A stretch of DNA of 53,269 nt, from NCBI GenBank assembly GCA_042577505.1, contig JBHPEA010000003.1, forward strand, positions 1 through 53,269, written 5' to 3'. Below the pieces are notes generated by a model that worked only from the letters and a program-made list of their open reading frames with translations, had not been told where the DNA came from and made no database searches. This document shows, one piece after another, positions 10,804 through 19,912 of this stretch. Made by a program: the position numbers and the translations under genes. Numbering within the stretch: position 1 is the stretch's first letter; every line of letters starts with the position of its first letter. The DNA comes from Nanobdellota archaeon (GTDB lineage Archaea > Nanobdellota > Nanobdellia > Woesearchaeales > JACQSR01).

Positions 10804-11079
10804 ATGATTGATGATAATGTTGAAATTTCTTCGGAGGATTATCAAACTTTTTTTACTAGAAAAGGTCTAGATGTTTCATTATATCAATTTTCAGTTATAT
10901 CATTACCCGAAGCAAATGAGGAAATTTTCCGAAGTTACCTATCATCTTCTATGATTTTCGTAACTGATTTTAGACCATTTTCAGATAGCGGTTTTGTCGA
11001 AGGAACTGCCTGGACACCAAAGGACCTATACTTGTATTATGACTCGATCCGAGAAGAAAAAATACCGACATATCACTAA
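10804..11079 (+). CDS. Hypothetical protein (91 aa)
   Basis: ATG 7 nt after the rpsJ stop; fills the gap; no recognisable motif. Confidence 0.5.
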   Translation: MIDDNVEISSEDYQTFFTRKGLDVSLYQFSVISLPEANEEIFRSYLSSSMIFVTDFRPFSDSGFVEGTAWTPKDLYLYYDSIREEKIPTYH

Positions 11080-11084
11080 GAAAT

Positions 11085-11432
11085 CTAAAATGGTAATTCA
11101 CATTGTGGATCTATAACTCCCATATAACCCTCTAAAATACTTACTAATCTATCTTCGTCTTTAGAAATTTCTCTTGCCTTGGCTGCATATGCTATAGTTT
11201 GTGTAGATTCAAAGGTAATACTCCCTACTTCTAATTTACTAGATCTTCTTTTCTTATCCGGTTCAGTTGCCAAATATACTTTAACTGTTCCTTCATATAT
11301 GGGAAATCTTGGATCATGAGTGAGCTTACCGGTTTGACCATACTCTACACCAAATCTAATAATGTCAAATGCAGGGAAATTATCTATTACTGCATCAGGT
11401 ATAGGCACTTTCAAATTTCTTATTAACTCCAT
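11085..11432 (-). CDS. Hypothetical protein (115 aa)
   Basis: ATG-started ORF with an AT-rich upstream region; no recognisable motif. Confidence 0.6.
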   Translation of the reverse strand: MELIRNLKVPIPDAVIDNFPAFDIIRFGVEYGQTGKLTHDPRFPIYEGTVKVYLATEPDKKRRSSKLEVGSITFESTQTIAYAAKAREISKDEDRLVSILEGYMGVIDPQCELPF

Positions 11433-11525
11433 AATAATAAGGTAATGAAAATTCGAATAAAAAGCTTTAGACGACTAGTAGTTACCAATATCTTTAAATA
11501 TGAAATTAAACCCGCAGACCTATAA

Positions 11526-11645
11526 GCCGCGATCGCATAACCTGGTATTGCGCTAGCCTTGAGATATTAAATTTGCGTTGCAAATTTATGGCACGAGCAA
11601 GCTGGTTTCCGCAAGGATATCCCGGTTCAAATCCGGGTCGCGGCG
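11526..11645 (+). tRNA. tRNA-Ser (anticodon UGA) with a 36-nt canonical 37/38 intron (11564-11599)
   Basis: Acceptor stem GCCGCGA/TCGCGGC with discriminator G; anticodon stem CTAGC/GCTGG with TGA at 11560-11562; long variable arm; T arm CCCGG-TTCAAAT-CCGGG. BHB motif: 4-bp helix CTTG/CGAG flanked by 3-nt bulges AGA and CAA. No encoded CCA. TATA-like TTTAAATA at 11493-11500. Confidence 0.96.
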
Positions 11646-11696
11646 TTTTACTACTAGTTTTATTCCAATCTCCATCAGAAATTAAAAAGAAATTAC

Positions 11697-13403
11697 TTAT
11701 AATATCCCTTTGAGACTCCAACCTAGGACGTAGTTTCTTTTCAGTTGAGAATCATTGATAGGTTTTCCGTCAAGGATATCTCTGTATAATCCAACGATAT
11801 GTACATCCTTTTCAGTATCAATGTAAAATTGATTAATGCCATTCTTAACAAGTTCTTGTGCTCTAGATAATAAGGCGAATTCTTTGTTGTTCAATATCTG
11901 AGTTCCGTTAAAAATTTTCTCAGTATTGAATCTACAATTCATTTCATTAATAAGTGGTCCTTTTAATTGATGTCTTAGTGTCATTAGCCTTATTTTACCG
12001 TGAACAAAAACAACGAAATTTTTATTTTTAAATTTAGATAATTCTTTTATTGATAATTCTGGTGAGATTAGGGTGGAGGATTTTAGATTTTTATTGTAAA
12101 ATTCAACATCAATATCGTTAAAGGAGTTGATATTATTATCAAGAATTATTGGCAGATTTAGATTAAGTGCTGTTATTGCTAAATTACCTGCAAATATGCC
12201 ATCTGGGCAAGTGGAGTTTATATTTGATTTAATATTTGAAATATCTTTATCAAACATTAGACGGGGAGTTTTTGCATATATTTTTTTACCTTTATTGTGA
12301 ACAATTTTTGAAATTGAATCAAAATCATCATTCATGACATCATAGCAAATAATATCTGCCCCATTATCAAGCGCAATTTGAGCATCGGCTTGGTTATGTG
12401 CACAAACAATCAATAGTTTACCTGAACTATTTTGGTGTTGAATGTTGGGAACCTTAACAAGGGGTTTTTTTCTAAAAGTATTAACTTTTTTTATATTAAC
12501 ATTGTAATGTTCTTTGTTTGAGATGGTCTTAGCAGACGCCTTAATAGGATTGAATATATTATTGCTAGAATAAGCGCCTTCTGTAAACTCACGAGAAAAT
12601 GCTTGATGGAGTTTCTTTTCTGTTTTTTTCGAGACATGGAAATTATTCTTATAGTAACTTTGGATTGCTTCCTTATATGCTTCTGTTACAGTTGCGACAT
12701 AGTAAGGGGTGCGCATTCTACCTTCAATTTTTATCGAGTTAATTCCTGATTTAATGATCTCTGGAAGTTTATTGATAAGACATAATTCCTTCGTTGAGAG
12801 AAGATATCGATCGTTATACTTCTTTCTGCATGGTTGGGCACATTTTCCCCTATTGCCCGATCGACCACCTAAAAAACTAGAAAAAAGACAGCTTCCGGAA
12901 AAACAAACGCATAAAGCACCGTGACAAAAGATTTCAAGTTCTTTTTTGAAGTTTTTTCTAATAGTTAATATCTCTTCTTTACTTAATTCCCTTGCAAGAT
13001 TAATTCTGTCTACTTTTAAGATGTTAGCGTGAGTTGAGTTCATCACACCAGCTTGTGTAGATATATGGATTTTTAATTGGGGGAAACTCTCTTTAATTAA
13101 ACTTATTAATGAGATTTCTTGAATAATAACAGCGTCAATTCCTGCTTGGTATGCAAATGAGAGTTGATTAAAAAAATCTTTTATTTCTTTGTTTTTAATT
13201 AATGTGTTCATAGCTAGGTAAATTTTAACATTATTACTTTTACAAATTTGAACTGCTTGTTTAAGGTAATTTTCATTGAAATTGGTAGAATAAGATCTTG
13301 CAGAGAATTTTTGCATGCCTAAATAGACAGCGTCTGCACCTTTTTGTATTGCAGCCTTCAAATTTGCCATACTCCCAACGGGAGAAAGAAGTTCAATTGT
13401 CAT
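11697..13403 (-). CDS. Peptidase U32-family Fe-S protein, long form (RlhA-like RNA hydroxylase)
   Basis: ELLSPVGS, GADAVYLG, HISTQ, LARELS, HGALCVCFSGSC..SGNRGKCAQPCR (Cx6Cx15Cx3C), KIEGR; degenerate second barrel at the C-terminus. Confidence 0.85.
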   Translation of the reverse strand: MTIELLSPVGSMANLKAAIQKGADAVYLGMQKFSARSYSTNFNENYLKQAVQICKSNNVKIYLAMNTLIKNKEIKDFFNQLSFAYQAGIDAVIIQEISLISLIKESFPQLKIHISTQAGVMNSTHANILKVDRINLARELSKEEILTIRKNFKKELEIFCHGALCVCFSGSCLFSSFLGGRSGNRGKCAQPCRKKYNDRYLLSTKELCLINKLPEIIKSGINSIKIEGRMRTPYYVATVTEAYKEAIQSYYKNNFHVSKKTEKKLHQAFSREFTEGAYSSNNIFNPIKASAKTISNKEHYNVNIKKVNTFRKKPLVKVPNIQHQNSSGKLLIVCAHNQADAQIALDNGADIICYDVMNDDFDSISKIVHNKGKKIYAKTPRLMFDKDISNIKSNINSTCPDGIFAGNLAITALNLNLPIILDNNINSFNDIDVEFYNKNLKSSTLISPELSIKELSKFKNKNFVVFVHGKIRLMTLRHQLKGPLINEMNCRFNTEKIFNGTQILNNKEFALLSRAQELVKNGINQFYIDTEKDVHIVGLYRDILDGKPINDSQLKRNYVLGWSLKGIL

Positions 13404-13494
13404 AGAACTGACAGGGGGCAGGTGTTTATAAGTTTTTAGAGATTGTGAGTTACGATAATTAACATATTCCTTAGATATATTAATTTCTTAGAAT

Positions 13495-13971
13495 TTAATT
13501 AACAGTATATTTTTGCGGTTGAGGTAATTTCATTCCATCCGCCAGAGCTTCAACACCATACATCTCTCTAGTGATCACCTTAAGATCTACTAATGCATCT
13601 CTAGCTAGTTCAAAATTCTTAAAAAATCCGATTTCTTCTTTTTTCGAATATAATGCCAATAAAAAAGCAACTCTTCTTGTATCATCATTCTCAGGATCCA
13701 TTAATTGATCCAACTTCTCCCTTTCCATATTACCTGCTAACAAGTGATATGAAGCCTTCCCCTCTGCAGTAAAAAAATCAGTCATTAACTTTCTAATTCC
13801 ACCGCGATTGATCTCTGATGGGTTTTCTAGTATATAATTTGCTTGTTGATATATTTGACCATAGAGTTTATTGAGATCATCAGCATCTAAAGAATTTGGA
13901 GATTCATCTGCAAAGGTTGAACCACCATTAATTTCACCGAGCATTCTTTCTAATTCTACACGCTTATCCAT
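13495..13971 (-). CDS. Hypothetical helical protein (158 aa)
   Basis: ATG preceded by an SD-like GAGGGGG and a TATA-like TTTATAAA; no family recognised. Confidence 0.7.
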   Translation of the reverse strand: MDKRVELERMLGEINGGSTFADESPNSLDADDLNKLYGQIYQQANYILENPSEINRGGIRKLMTDFFTAEGKASYHLLAGNMEREKLDQLMDPENDDTRRVAFLLALYSKKEEIGFFKNFELARDALVDLKVITREMYGVEALADGMKLPQPQKYTVN

Positions 13972-14077
13972 GAACTAGACCCCCTCTATAACTATATTTT
14001 GCCAAAGAAAAGGTAATTATTCTATATTTATAAACCTTTTACTAATATTTATAAGTACAAAACATTTTTCATAAAAT

Positions 14078-14929
14078 ATGGCTTCAAATGGTTTTATTGG
14101 AACGGCATCAATCCAAGATATTATTCTGCTCATTTTTGCGATAATATTGACTTTTTTCTTGGGTGCGTTAGTCAATGCTTTAATAATCAGGCTACTTAAA
14201 GATAAAGTAAGGCCCAGTATCTATAAACCAATATCAAAAATAATTATGTATACCATTTACATAGCAGGTTTATTTATAGCTTTCAACTACATAATTGATT
14301 TTGATCTATCTGCCAGTTTGGCTGCTCTTGGTTTCCTTGGTTTTGTTATCCTCTGGCCTATTTTACCAATTCTTCAAAATATTGCGGCAGGATTCATAAT
14401 CTCTTTAGAAAGACCATTTCAAGAAGAAGATGTTGTTAATATTGATGGACAATTAGCAGTTGTAAAAGATATTATGTTGATGAAAACAGTATTTCGTTCT
14501 TATGATGGAAAAATAATTACGGTTCCGAATATACTATTCTTAACTTACAATCCCATTGTAAATTACAGCAGAGGAGAGTTTATTAAAATTAAATTATCGC
14601 TAGATCTAGAATCTGCATCAGACAAAGATGATGCAATTAAAGTAATAAAAAAGATATGTGCGGATGATCCATACATCTTACCAAATGTACCTCAGAAAAA
14701 ACTTACAAAACTTACAAAAATTTTCGAAATTCCAAAGAATTTTTTTACAATACCTAGAAATATTAAACAATTAACACCACAGGTTTTGATCAAAAGGGTA
14801 AATAAAGAAAAGGTCACATTGGAAGTATGGTTTTGGATCTGGGATATTTTAATGAAAGAAAAAACAGTTGACTCTTTTTATAGCAAATTAATAATAGAAT
14901 TCAAAAAAGAAAAAATTAAGTTTGGTTAA
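14078..14929 (+). CDS. mscS: Small-conductance mechanosensitive channel
   Basis: Three N-terminal TM helices, LQNIAAGFIISLERPF..EDVV.I.G..VVKDI...T, DGKIITVPN, IVNYSR. Confidence 0.88.
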   Translation: MASNGFIGTASIQDIILLIFAIILTFFLGALVNALIIRLLKDKVRPSIYKPISKIIMYTIYIAGLFIAFNYIIDFDLSASLAALGFLGFVILWPILPILQNIAAGFIISLERPFQEEDVVNIDGQLAVVKDIMLMKTVFRSYDGKIITVPNILFLTYNPIVNYSRGEFIKIKLSLDLESASDKDDAIKVIKKICADDPYILPNVPQKKLTKLTKIFEIPKNFFTIPRNIKQLTPQVLIKRVNKEKVTLEVWFWIWDILMKEKTVDSFYSKLIIEFKKEKIKFG

Positions 14930-15309
14930 AGTTTTTCAGGATTAGTTATATGCTTTATTGCTTCTTTCAAAGTTAACATACCAATCATTTTGTTATTCTC
15001 TGTTATTGCACACGAAACTACTCCTTTATCAACCATTAATTTGTAAGCTTTTTTCAACCTATCATTATCTTCAAAGACAATAATCTCTGTATGCATAACA
15101 TCTTTTGCTTTAAAATCTGCAACATTCTTAGCCGGAATAATTATCTTATCTATTATATCAGTAATTGAAATTATTCCAACTGGTTTATCGTTGTCATCAA
15201 CAACATAAATATGCCTCTGTGTATACTGCTTTAATTTTTTTGCAACTTCTGAAACTGTGTCGCTATCTTTACATGTAAACGGTTCAACTAAAAAACATTC
15301 TGATATCAT
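14926..15309 (-). CDS. CBS-domain pair (Bateman module) protein
   Basis: DTVSEVAKKL..IYVVD..KPVGIISITDI and a second repeat with MIGMLTLKE; SD GGAGG upstream; 3 nt after the upstream ORF. Confidence 0.88.
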   Translation of the reverse strand: MISECFLVEPFTCKDSDTVSEVAKKLKQYTQRHIYVVDDNDKPVGIISITDIIDKIIIPAKNVADFKAKDVMHTEIIVFEDNDRLKKAYKLMVDKGVVSCAITENNKMIGMLTLKEAIKHITNPEKL

Positions 15310-15312
15310 TTC

Positions 15313-16275
15313 CTACCCTCCTCTTGGTGCAACATAATTTAATTGTTTCATGGGTTGCGCCATAATATGTGGTTGTTTAGGATCAACTCCTGGCGGCATT
15401 GGCCATATTGATCCTCTTACTGGTGTATAACCATCAAATGGTCTAACATATTCCTTCATTCTTTGATCAAGAGACTTTACATCTAATTGTGAAGCAACAT
15501 TTAATTCCTTTCTTAGTTGCTCACTCGTTTTATCCCTTATGTAATTTGCAACTTGATCTTGGAATTTTTTTGTACCCCTATCAAAAGCGATACCGCTAGT
15601 TGCTAATGCCGCAGCTTGTGCATAGGGTGTTGCTCCTCCAAGTAAAGGGGACAAGTACTCACTAATAAATCCTGCGCCTTTTGCTGCAATAAGGTTGTTT
15701 ATTGCACCTTCAGCTAAAGGACTATAACTTCTTTTTCTAAACGGTCCTGTGATTGTGTACCATGCTCCTTTTGCCGATTTCTTAATATAATTTAATGTTC
15801 CAGTAGATTCATCTTTATTTAATGATTTATGCATCCTCATTGATTCATAGAGATCAGTTGCCACGTTAATTCCAGCACCAGCCATTACAGCAGTCATTGC
15901 TGCTCCAGCTCCAGCTAAAAGTGGTAATACTGGTCCACCCAATACAGTTCCAACTATTGCTCCAATTGCTGACAATCCTCCATAAGCACCTAGTCCAGCA
16001 GCAACATATCTTGATGCAGTAGCTACTTTTGAAGGTTTGAAATATTCTGCACCATGTTTGTCGAAGTTCTCTTTAGTTAATTGTTCAATTCTTTTTTCAA
16101 TTTGTCCTCTAGTTCCAGTTCTTTCTGCTTCTTTTAGAATATCTTCTATTGCAGGATTATTATTGACCATATACTTTTTTGATCTGTTCCAAAAATCATC
16201 AGCATTCTTAATACCTGTATAATGCGGAGATACATAATCGAGTAATCTTCTTTCTAGTGTTCCCATTTCAATCAC
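15313..16275 (-). CDS. Hypothetical protein with a long Gly/Ala-rich hydrophobic hairpin
   Basis: About 48-aa segment VAAGLGAYGGLSAIGAIVGTVLGGPVLPLLAGAGAAMTAVMAGAGINVA; no signal peptide; the true start may be ATG 16266 (SD GGTGA). Confidence 0.75.
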   Translation of the reverse strand: MIEMGTLERRLLDYVSPHYTGIKNADDFWNRSKKYMVNNNPAIEDILKEAERTGTRGQIEKRIEQLTKENFDKHGAEYFKPSKVATASRYVAAGLGAYGGLSAIGAIVGTVLGGPVLPLLAGAGAAMTAVMAGAGINVATDLYESMRMHKSLNKDESTGTLNYIKKSAKGAWYTITGPFRKRSYSPLAEGAINNLIAAKGAGFISEYLSPLLGGATPYAQAAALATSGIAFDRGTKKFQDQVANYIRDKTSEQLRKELNVASQLDVKSLDQRMKEYVRPFDGYTPVRGSIWPMPPGVDPKQPHIMAQPMKQLNYVAPRGG

Positions 16276-17651
16276 CCTTTAGTTGCCCTCCTGTTATTAT
16301 AAAAGTTCCTACCTGCTTCGATTCCTTTAGTGGCTAATGTATAAGGAGCTTTAACTAAAGCAACTGCTCCTTTCTTTAATCCTTTCTTCGCTTTACTATA
16401 ATAACGAAAACCAGCATAAGCAACAGCTAATGCTACTGCTCCACCAAACATACCGTCAGTAATCATATATGCAGTCGTTGATGGTTGATTAGGATCTGGA
16501 TTTACAGCAACGTATGCTTGATCATTACTTGCTTTTCTTATTTGTTTTTCCACTTTAACTTCCAAAGCTTTTTGTGTTGCAACTAACTGTTCGACCGCTC
16601 CGCTTTGCTCCTCTATTGGATAATCTCTACCTACTGATCTTAAAGCCTCTAAACCTGCTTGTGCTTTACCATACAAATCTTCGAATGTTGCTTCTTTTCT
16701 TGCAACTTTCTCAAGAGTTTCTCTAAACTCTTCTTTTGCTATAACTAATTCTTGAAGATGTTCGTTTTGATATTGTGATTTCTTCGACAACGCTTCTGTT
16801 CCATATTGGCTAATGGCATCAAAAGCTCCTCTATCCCCTGTTCTTTTATATTCTTCTACTGCCGCTTCTAGTACCCTCTCATAACCCCTAGCTAATTCTG
16901 CAAGATCTCCCTTCATTACATTCGCATCAACTTTTGCTTGTAACCATGTCTTATAATCTTGCTTAAGTTGCTCCTTAACTTGTTCAACAGATAATTCTCT
17001 TTCGTTATTTTGGTGTTCATTCCAAATTGTAGCAATAGTCTCATCATAACTTTTTCCTTCTCTTTTCAGTGTGTCAATTCTTGCAACTAAATCTGGATGA
17101 TCTTCCTCTAATTTCCACTTCAATATTTTATATCCTTCCCAATTTCCAATCTCTGAGAATTTACCAACAACTTTTCCAAATGTTGAATTTGGATCAATTA
17201 CTTTGTTAACGGCATCACCAAATAAAAACAAAGCGTTTGCAGTATGATTATGTAATCCTTCAAGTAATGCTAAAGATTGGTTTTCAAATGTAGAATAATG
17301 ATCAGCAATTGCATTCATTGAATCATAAGCTTGTTGTGCAATAGCTTCAACATCTTTTAGTTCAGGTCTTTTTTGTATGAACATAACTACATCTTGTTCT
17401 GAATCTCCAAGATCAAGAACCGGATCAAAGGGTAATCTTACTCCTGGAAATAATTGATCTAATCTTTGTTGTACTTCCTCAGCTACTCTTTCCCTTCCAA
17501 CAACATAGGTAACACCTACACCACCTGCAGGAGCCAAAGGAGTAACATACCCTAAATGCCTCAACCTTGATGGTGATTTGCCTGTCTCTTGTGCCACAGT
17601 TGACTCTAATTTAGAAGTATCCTCTTGTCCGTTATTTTGATCATTTGTCAT
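16272..17651 (-). CDS. Hypothetical coiled-coil protein with N-terminal hydrophobic patch and C-terminal TM helix
   Basis: E/Q/K/A-rich helical body; TM-like GMFGGAVALAVAYAGF followed by a basic tail; its stop overlaps the next start. Confidence 0.78.
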   Translation of the reverse strand: MTNDQNNGQEDTSKLESTVAQETGKSPSRLRHLGYVTPLAPAGGVGVTYVVGRERVAEEVQQRLDQLFPGVRLPFDPVLDLGDSEQDVVMFIQKRPELKDVEAIAQQAYDSMNAIADHYSTFENQSLALLEGLHNHTANALFLFGDAVNKVIDPNSTFGKVVGKFSEIGNWEGYKILKWKLEEDHPDLVARIDTLKREGKSYDETIATIWNEHQNNERELSVEQVKEQLKQDYKTWLQAKVDANVMKGDLAELARGYERVLEAAVEEYKRTGDRGAFDAISQYGTEALSKKSQYQNEHLQELVIAKEEFRETLEKVARKEATFEDLYGKAQAGLEALRSVGRDYPIEEQSGAVEQLVATQKALEVKVEKQIRKASNDQAYVAVNPDPNQPSTTAYMITDGMFGGAVALAVAYAGFRYYSKAKKGLKKGAVALVKAPYTLATKGIEAGRNFYNNRRATKG

Positions 17652-17695
17652 AGTAGTCTACTAACCAATCACTATTTAATAAAATTACGTATGTA

Positions 17696-17730
17696 AATTC
17701 CGATTATCAATCAGATTTCTAATCGAAATT
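17696..17730. promoter_or_regulatory. 35-bp imperfect palindrome, candidate operator
   Basis: AATTCCGATTATCAATC-A-GATTTCTAATCGAAATT with 14 of 17 positions complementary, in the divergent intergenic region next to an Lrp-family gene. Confidence 0.5.
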
Positions 17731-17823
17731 ATTGCATTTTCGACCATTTTCTTGAAAAATTGAGAATTCCGCCAAAAACACACAAAATACGGCTTTATTT
17801 ATAAATAAGTTTAAAAATTAACC

Positions 17824-17838
17824 CGAAAAGTTTAAATA
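17824..17838 (+). promoter_or_regulatory. BRE-TATA promoter of the Lrp/AsnC gene
   Basis: CGAAAAG-TTTAAATA, 33 nt before ATG 17872. Confidence 0.65.
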
Positions 17839-17871
17839 TTTCCTTATAAACTATAGTTCAAAGTTGGAAAA

Positions 17872-18885
17872 ATGGCTACACACTTTGGAAGGATAAGGGA
17901 GCATCAAGACATTGTTAGAATTAAAGATTCTGATAGGAAATTCATATATGAGCTTGAAGAGGACTCCAGAAAGCCCCTTACAGCCCTCGCAAAGAAACTC
18001 CATGTATCAAAAGACACTGCTCATTATACGCTAAATAAATTGCTTAAATCGAATGTAATCGAGCATCTAGGACCTGTTGTTGACTTAACTAGACTGGGCT
18101 ACCAAACATTCCATGTATTTTTTGTTGTCCATGATATTGAAGGTAAGAGAGAAAATGAATTCATGGATTATTTAGCTAATCATCCCAATACAAAAGCATT
18201 AATGGAATATTCCGACAGATGGGGCCTAGAATGGACAGTTATAGCTAAAGATATATTAGATTTCGATAAGATCACTTCCAGAACTGCTACCTTATTTTCA
18301 GATATAATTATTGAGAAATCAAAATTAGAAGTCATCAAAGGATTTAAATCAACAACTTTAGCGTCTAGAAAAGCCTATTTCGAGAAAGAATCAACTCTGT
18401 ATGTTCCTGATAATTATGATAGAGCAATATTGGCTTGTTTGAATAATGACGGTAGAATGTCCTCTTACGAAATTAGTGAAAAGATTGGGATGTCTCCCAA
18501 CAATGTTAGATACAGATTAAAGAACCTTGTAAGATCAAACGTCATAAGACATTTTACTACAACAGTCAATCTAAACTCTTTAGGGTACCACCTATATACA
18601 ATTGGTGTTTTAATCAAATCTCTCGACGAGAAACAGGAAGCAAAACTCCGGGAATACCTATTTCATCAAAGGTTTATTACAAGAGCAGTAAAAGTACTTG
18701 GTTATTGGGATTTACTCATTACAATAGTCTCAGATACCATAAGGAATTATCACAAAACAATTAAGGATTTAGAAAGTGAGTTCTCAGACATTGTCATAAA
18801 CTACGAAGCTCTAACAGCATACCGTGAAAAAACTTTCAAATATGTTCCTGAAATAGCAATTGCCGACGTAGAACTTAATAAATAA
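17872..18885 (+). CDS. Lrp/AsnC-family regulator with two tandem HTH-RAM units
   Basis: DRKFIYELEEDSRKPLTALAKKLHVS..VDLTRLGY and DRAILACLNNDGRMSSYEISEKIGMS..VNLNSLGY..G.WDLL. Confidence 0.88.
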   Translation: MATHFGRIREHQDIVRIKDSDRKFIYELEEDSRKPLTALAKKLHVSKDTAHYTLNKLLKSNVIEHLGPVVDLTRLGYQTFHVFFVVHDIEGKRENEFMDYLANHPNTKALMEYSDRWGLEWTVIAKDILDFDKITSRTATLFSDIIIEKSKLEVIKGFKSTTLASRKAYFEKESTLYVPDNYDRAILACLNNDGRMSSYEISEKIGMSPNNVRYRLKNLVRSNVIRHFTTTVNLNSLGYHLYTIGVLIKSLDEKQEAKLREYLFHQRFITRAVKVLGYWDLLITIVSDTIRNYHKTIKDLESEFSDIVINYEALTAYREKTFKYVPEIAIADVELNK

Positions 18886-18948
18886 TATTTCTCACTACCC
18901 AGTAATCACATAACAAATCTTTATATAAGATCTTCTATTACTATTTTC

Positions 18949-19419
18949 TTGGGGGTTAATTTGTCAGAAACTGCTGGTATTGAAAAAAAACTCGAAAATA
19001 TGGGGAATACACTCTCTGTAAACTATGTCTATAGAAACCTAACATTAGAAACTTATAAGCAGGTATATACAAGTCTAAAGAGGGCTGGTTTGAAATATCC
19101 CAATGATGATCCAGAAACCAAAAAAAGAAGAGAGAAAGCAATTTTATATTCTTTAGTTGAAATAGAATTTCAAGCTGCGTGCTTTGTTATCAGTCAACAA
19201 CTCCATCCGGATGAAGTAACCCAACCTATTGAGCAGATAGAAACAATGGATGAACAAGAGAGAAAATCATTATTCAGACAACGACTTTATGAAAATCCGG
19301 ACAAAATAGGATTCTTTTCCGAGCGAGAAAGAATGTTGGAATTCCTAGCATCTTCAGAAGTGAGACTTTTACAATACCAAGATTTTGGAAACCCAAAAAA
19401 AGATCTCACAAGCGATTAA
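18949..19419 (+). CDS. Hypothetical protein (start uncertain: TTG 18949 or ATG 19000)
   Basis: TATA-like TTTATATA about 20 nt upstream; helical composition; no family recognised. Confidence 0.62.
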   Translation: MGVNLSETAGIEKKLENMGNTLSVNYVYRNLTLETYKQVYTSLKRAGLKYPNDDPETKKRREKAILYSLVEIEFQAACFVISQQLHPDEVTQPIEQIETMDEQERKSLFRQRLYENPDKIGFFSERERMLEFLASSEVRLLQYQDFGNPKKDLTSD

Positions 19420-19856
19420 GACAAGTGTTTAAGATTTACTTGGTAATTCTCCAATTTTTCAATCGCACCCTTTCGTATTCCCATACATACTTCTTGAGTA
19501 GAAGCTAATTGTCTACTTTTTGCAACTAGTTTTGCATTTTGAGCTTCTGCTTTTTGATTTAAAACTTGTTTTAAAGCTTCAACCTGCCTATCGTCCAAAC
19601 CACTAATTATTCCTTCTAATATAGTAATTTGATTCTTAATATTATCAGGAACTTCTAATTGTTCGGCATAGGTAGAACTAAGCTGAAAATATCTATTTGC
19701 TAATTTATCACCACATGCTTTTAATGCAGCGACATAGTATCTTATTTGCTTTTGCATCTTTTGATGTTCAAGACCACTTATACTCCTATTATTTATTAAA
19801 TTACCATAAACATGCGCAGCAAGTGACTCAACAATACCTTCATCAAGATCATCCAT
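19416..19856 (-). CDS. Hypothetical coiled-coil protein (146 aa)
   Basis: SD-like GGTGA upstream and a TATA-like TTTATATA; no family recognised. Confidence 0.68.
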   Translation of the reverse strand: MDDLDEGIVESLAAHVYGNLINNRSISGLEHQKMQKQIRYYVAALKACGDKLANRYFQLSSTYAEQLEVPDNIKNQITILEGIISGLDDRQVEALKQVLNQKAEAQNAKLVAKSRQLASTQEVCMGIRKGAIEKLENYQVNLKHLS

Positions 19857-19912
19857 TTACATCACCAAAACAAAATTTAATGTAGCACTATATAAATTTT
19901 TCTCTACTCAAT

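Noticed and set aside
11560-11562. TGA in the anticodon suggesting a selenocysteine or opal-suppressor tRNA
   Set aside because: Anticodon UGA reads UCA (Ser); tRNA-Sec needs anticodon UCA. The 7-bp acceptor stem is ordinary, and TGA is used as a normal stop here (rpsJ, RND gene, pyrB).
11506-11721. 71-aa minus-strand ORF
   Set aside because: It is the antisense reading of the tRNA-Ser gene (PRPGFEPG is the typical reverse-translated T arm).
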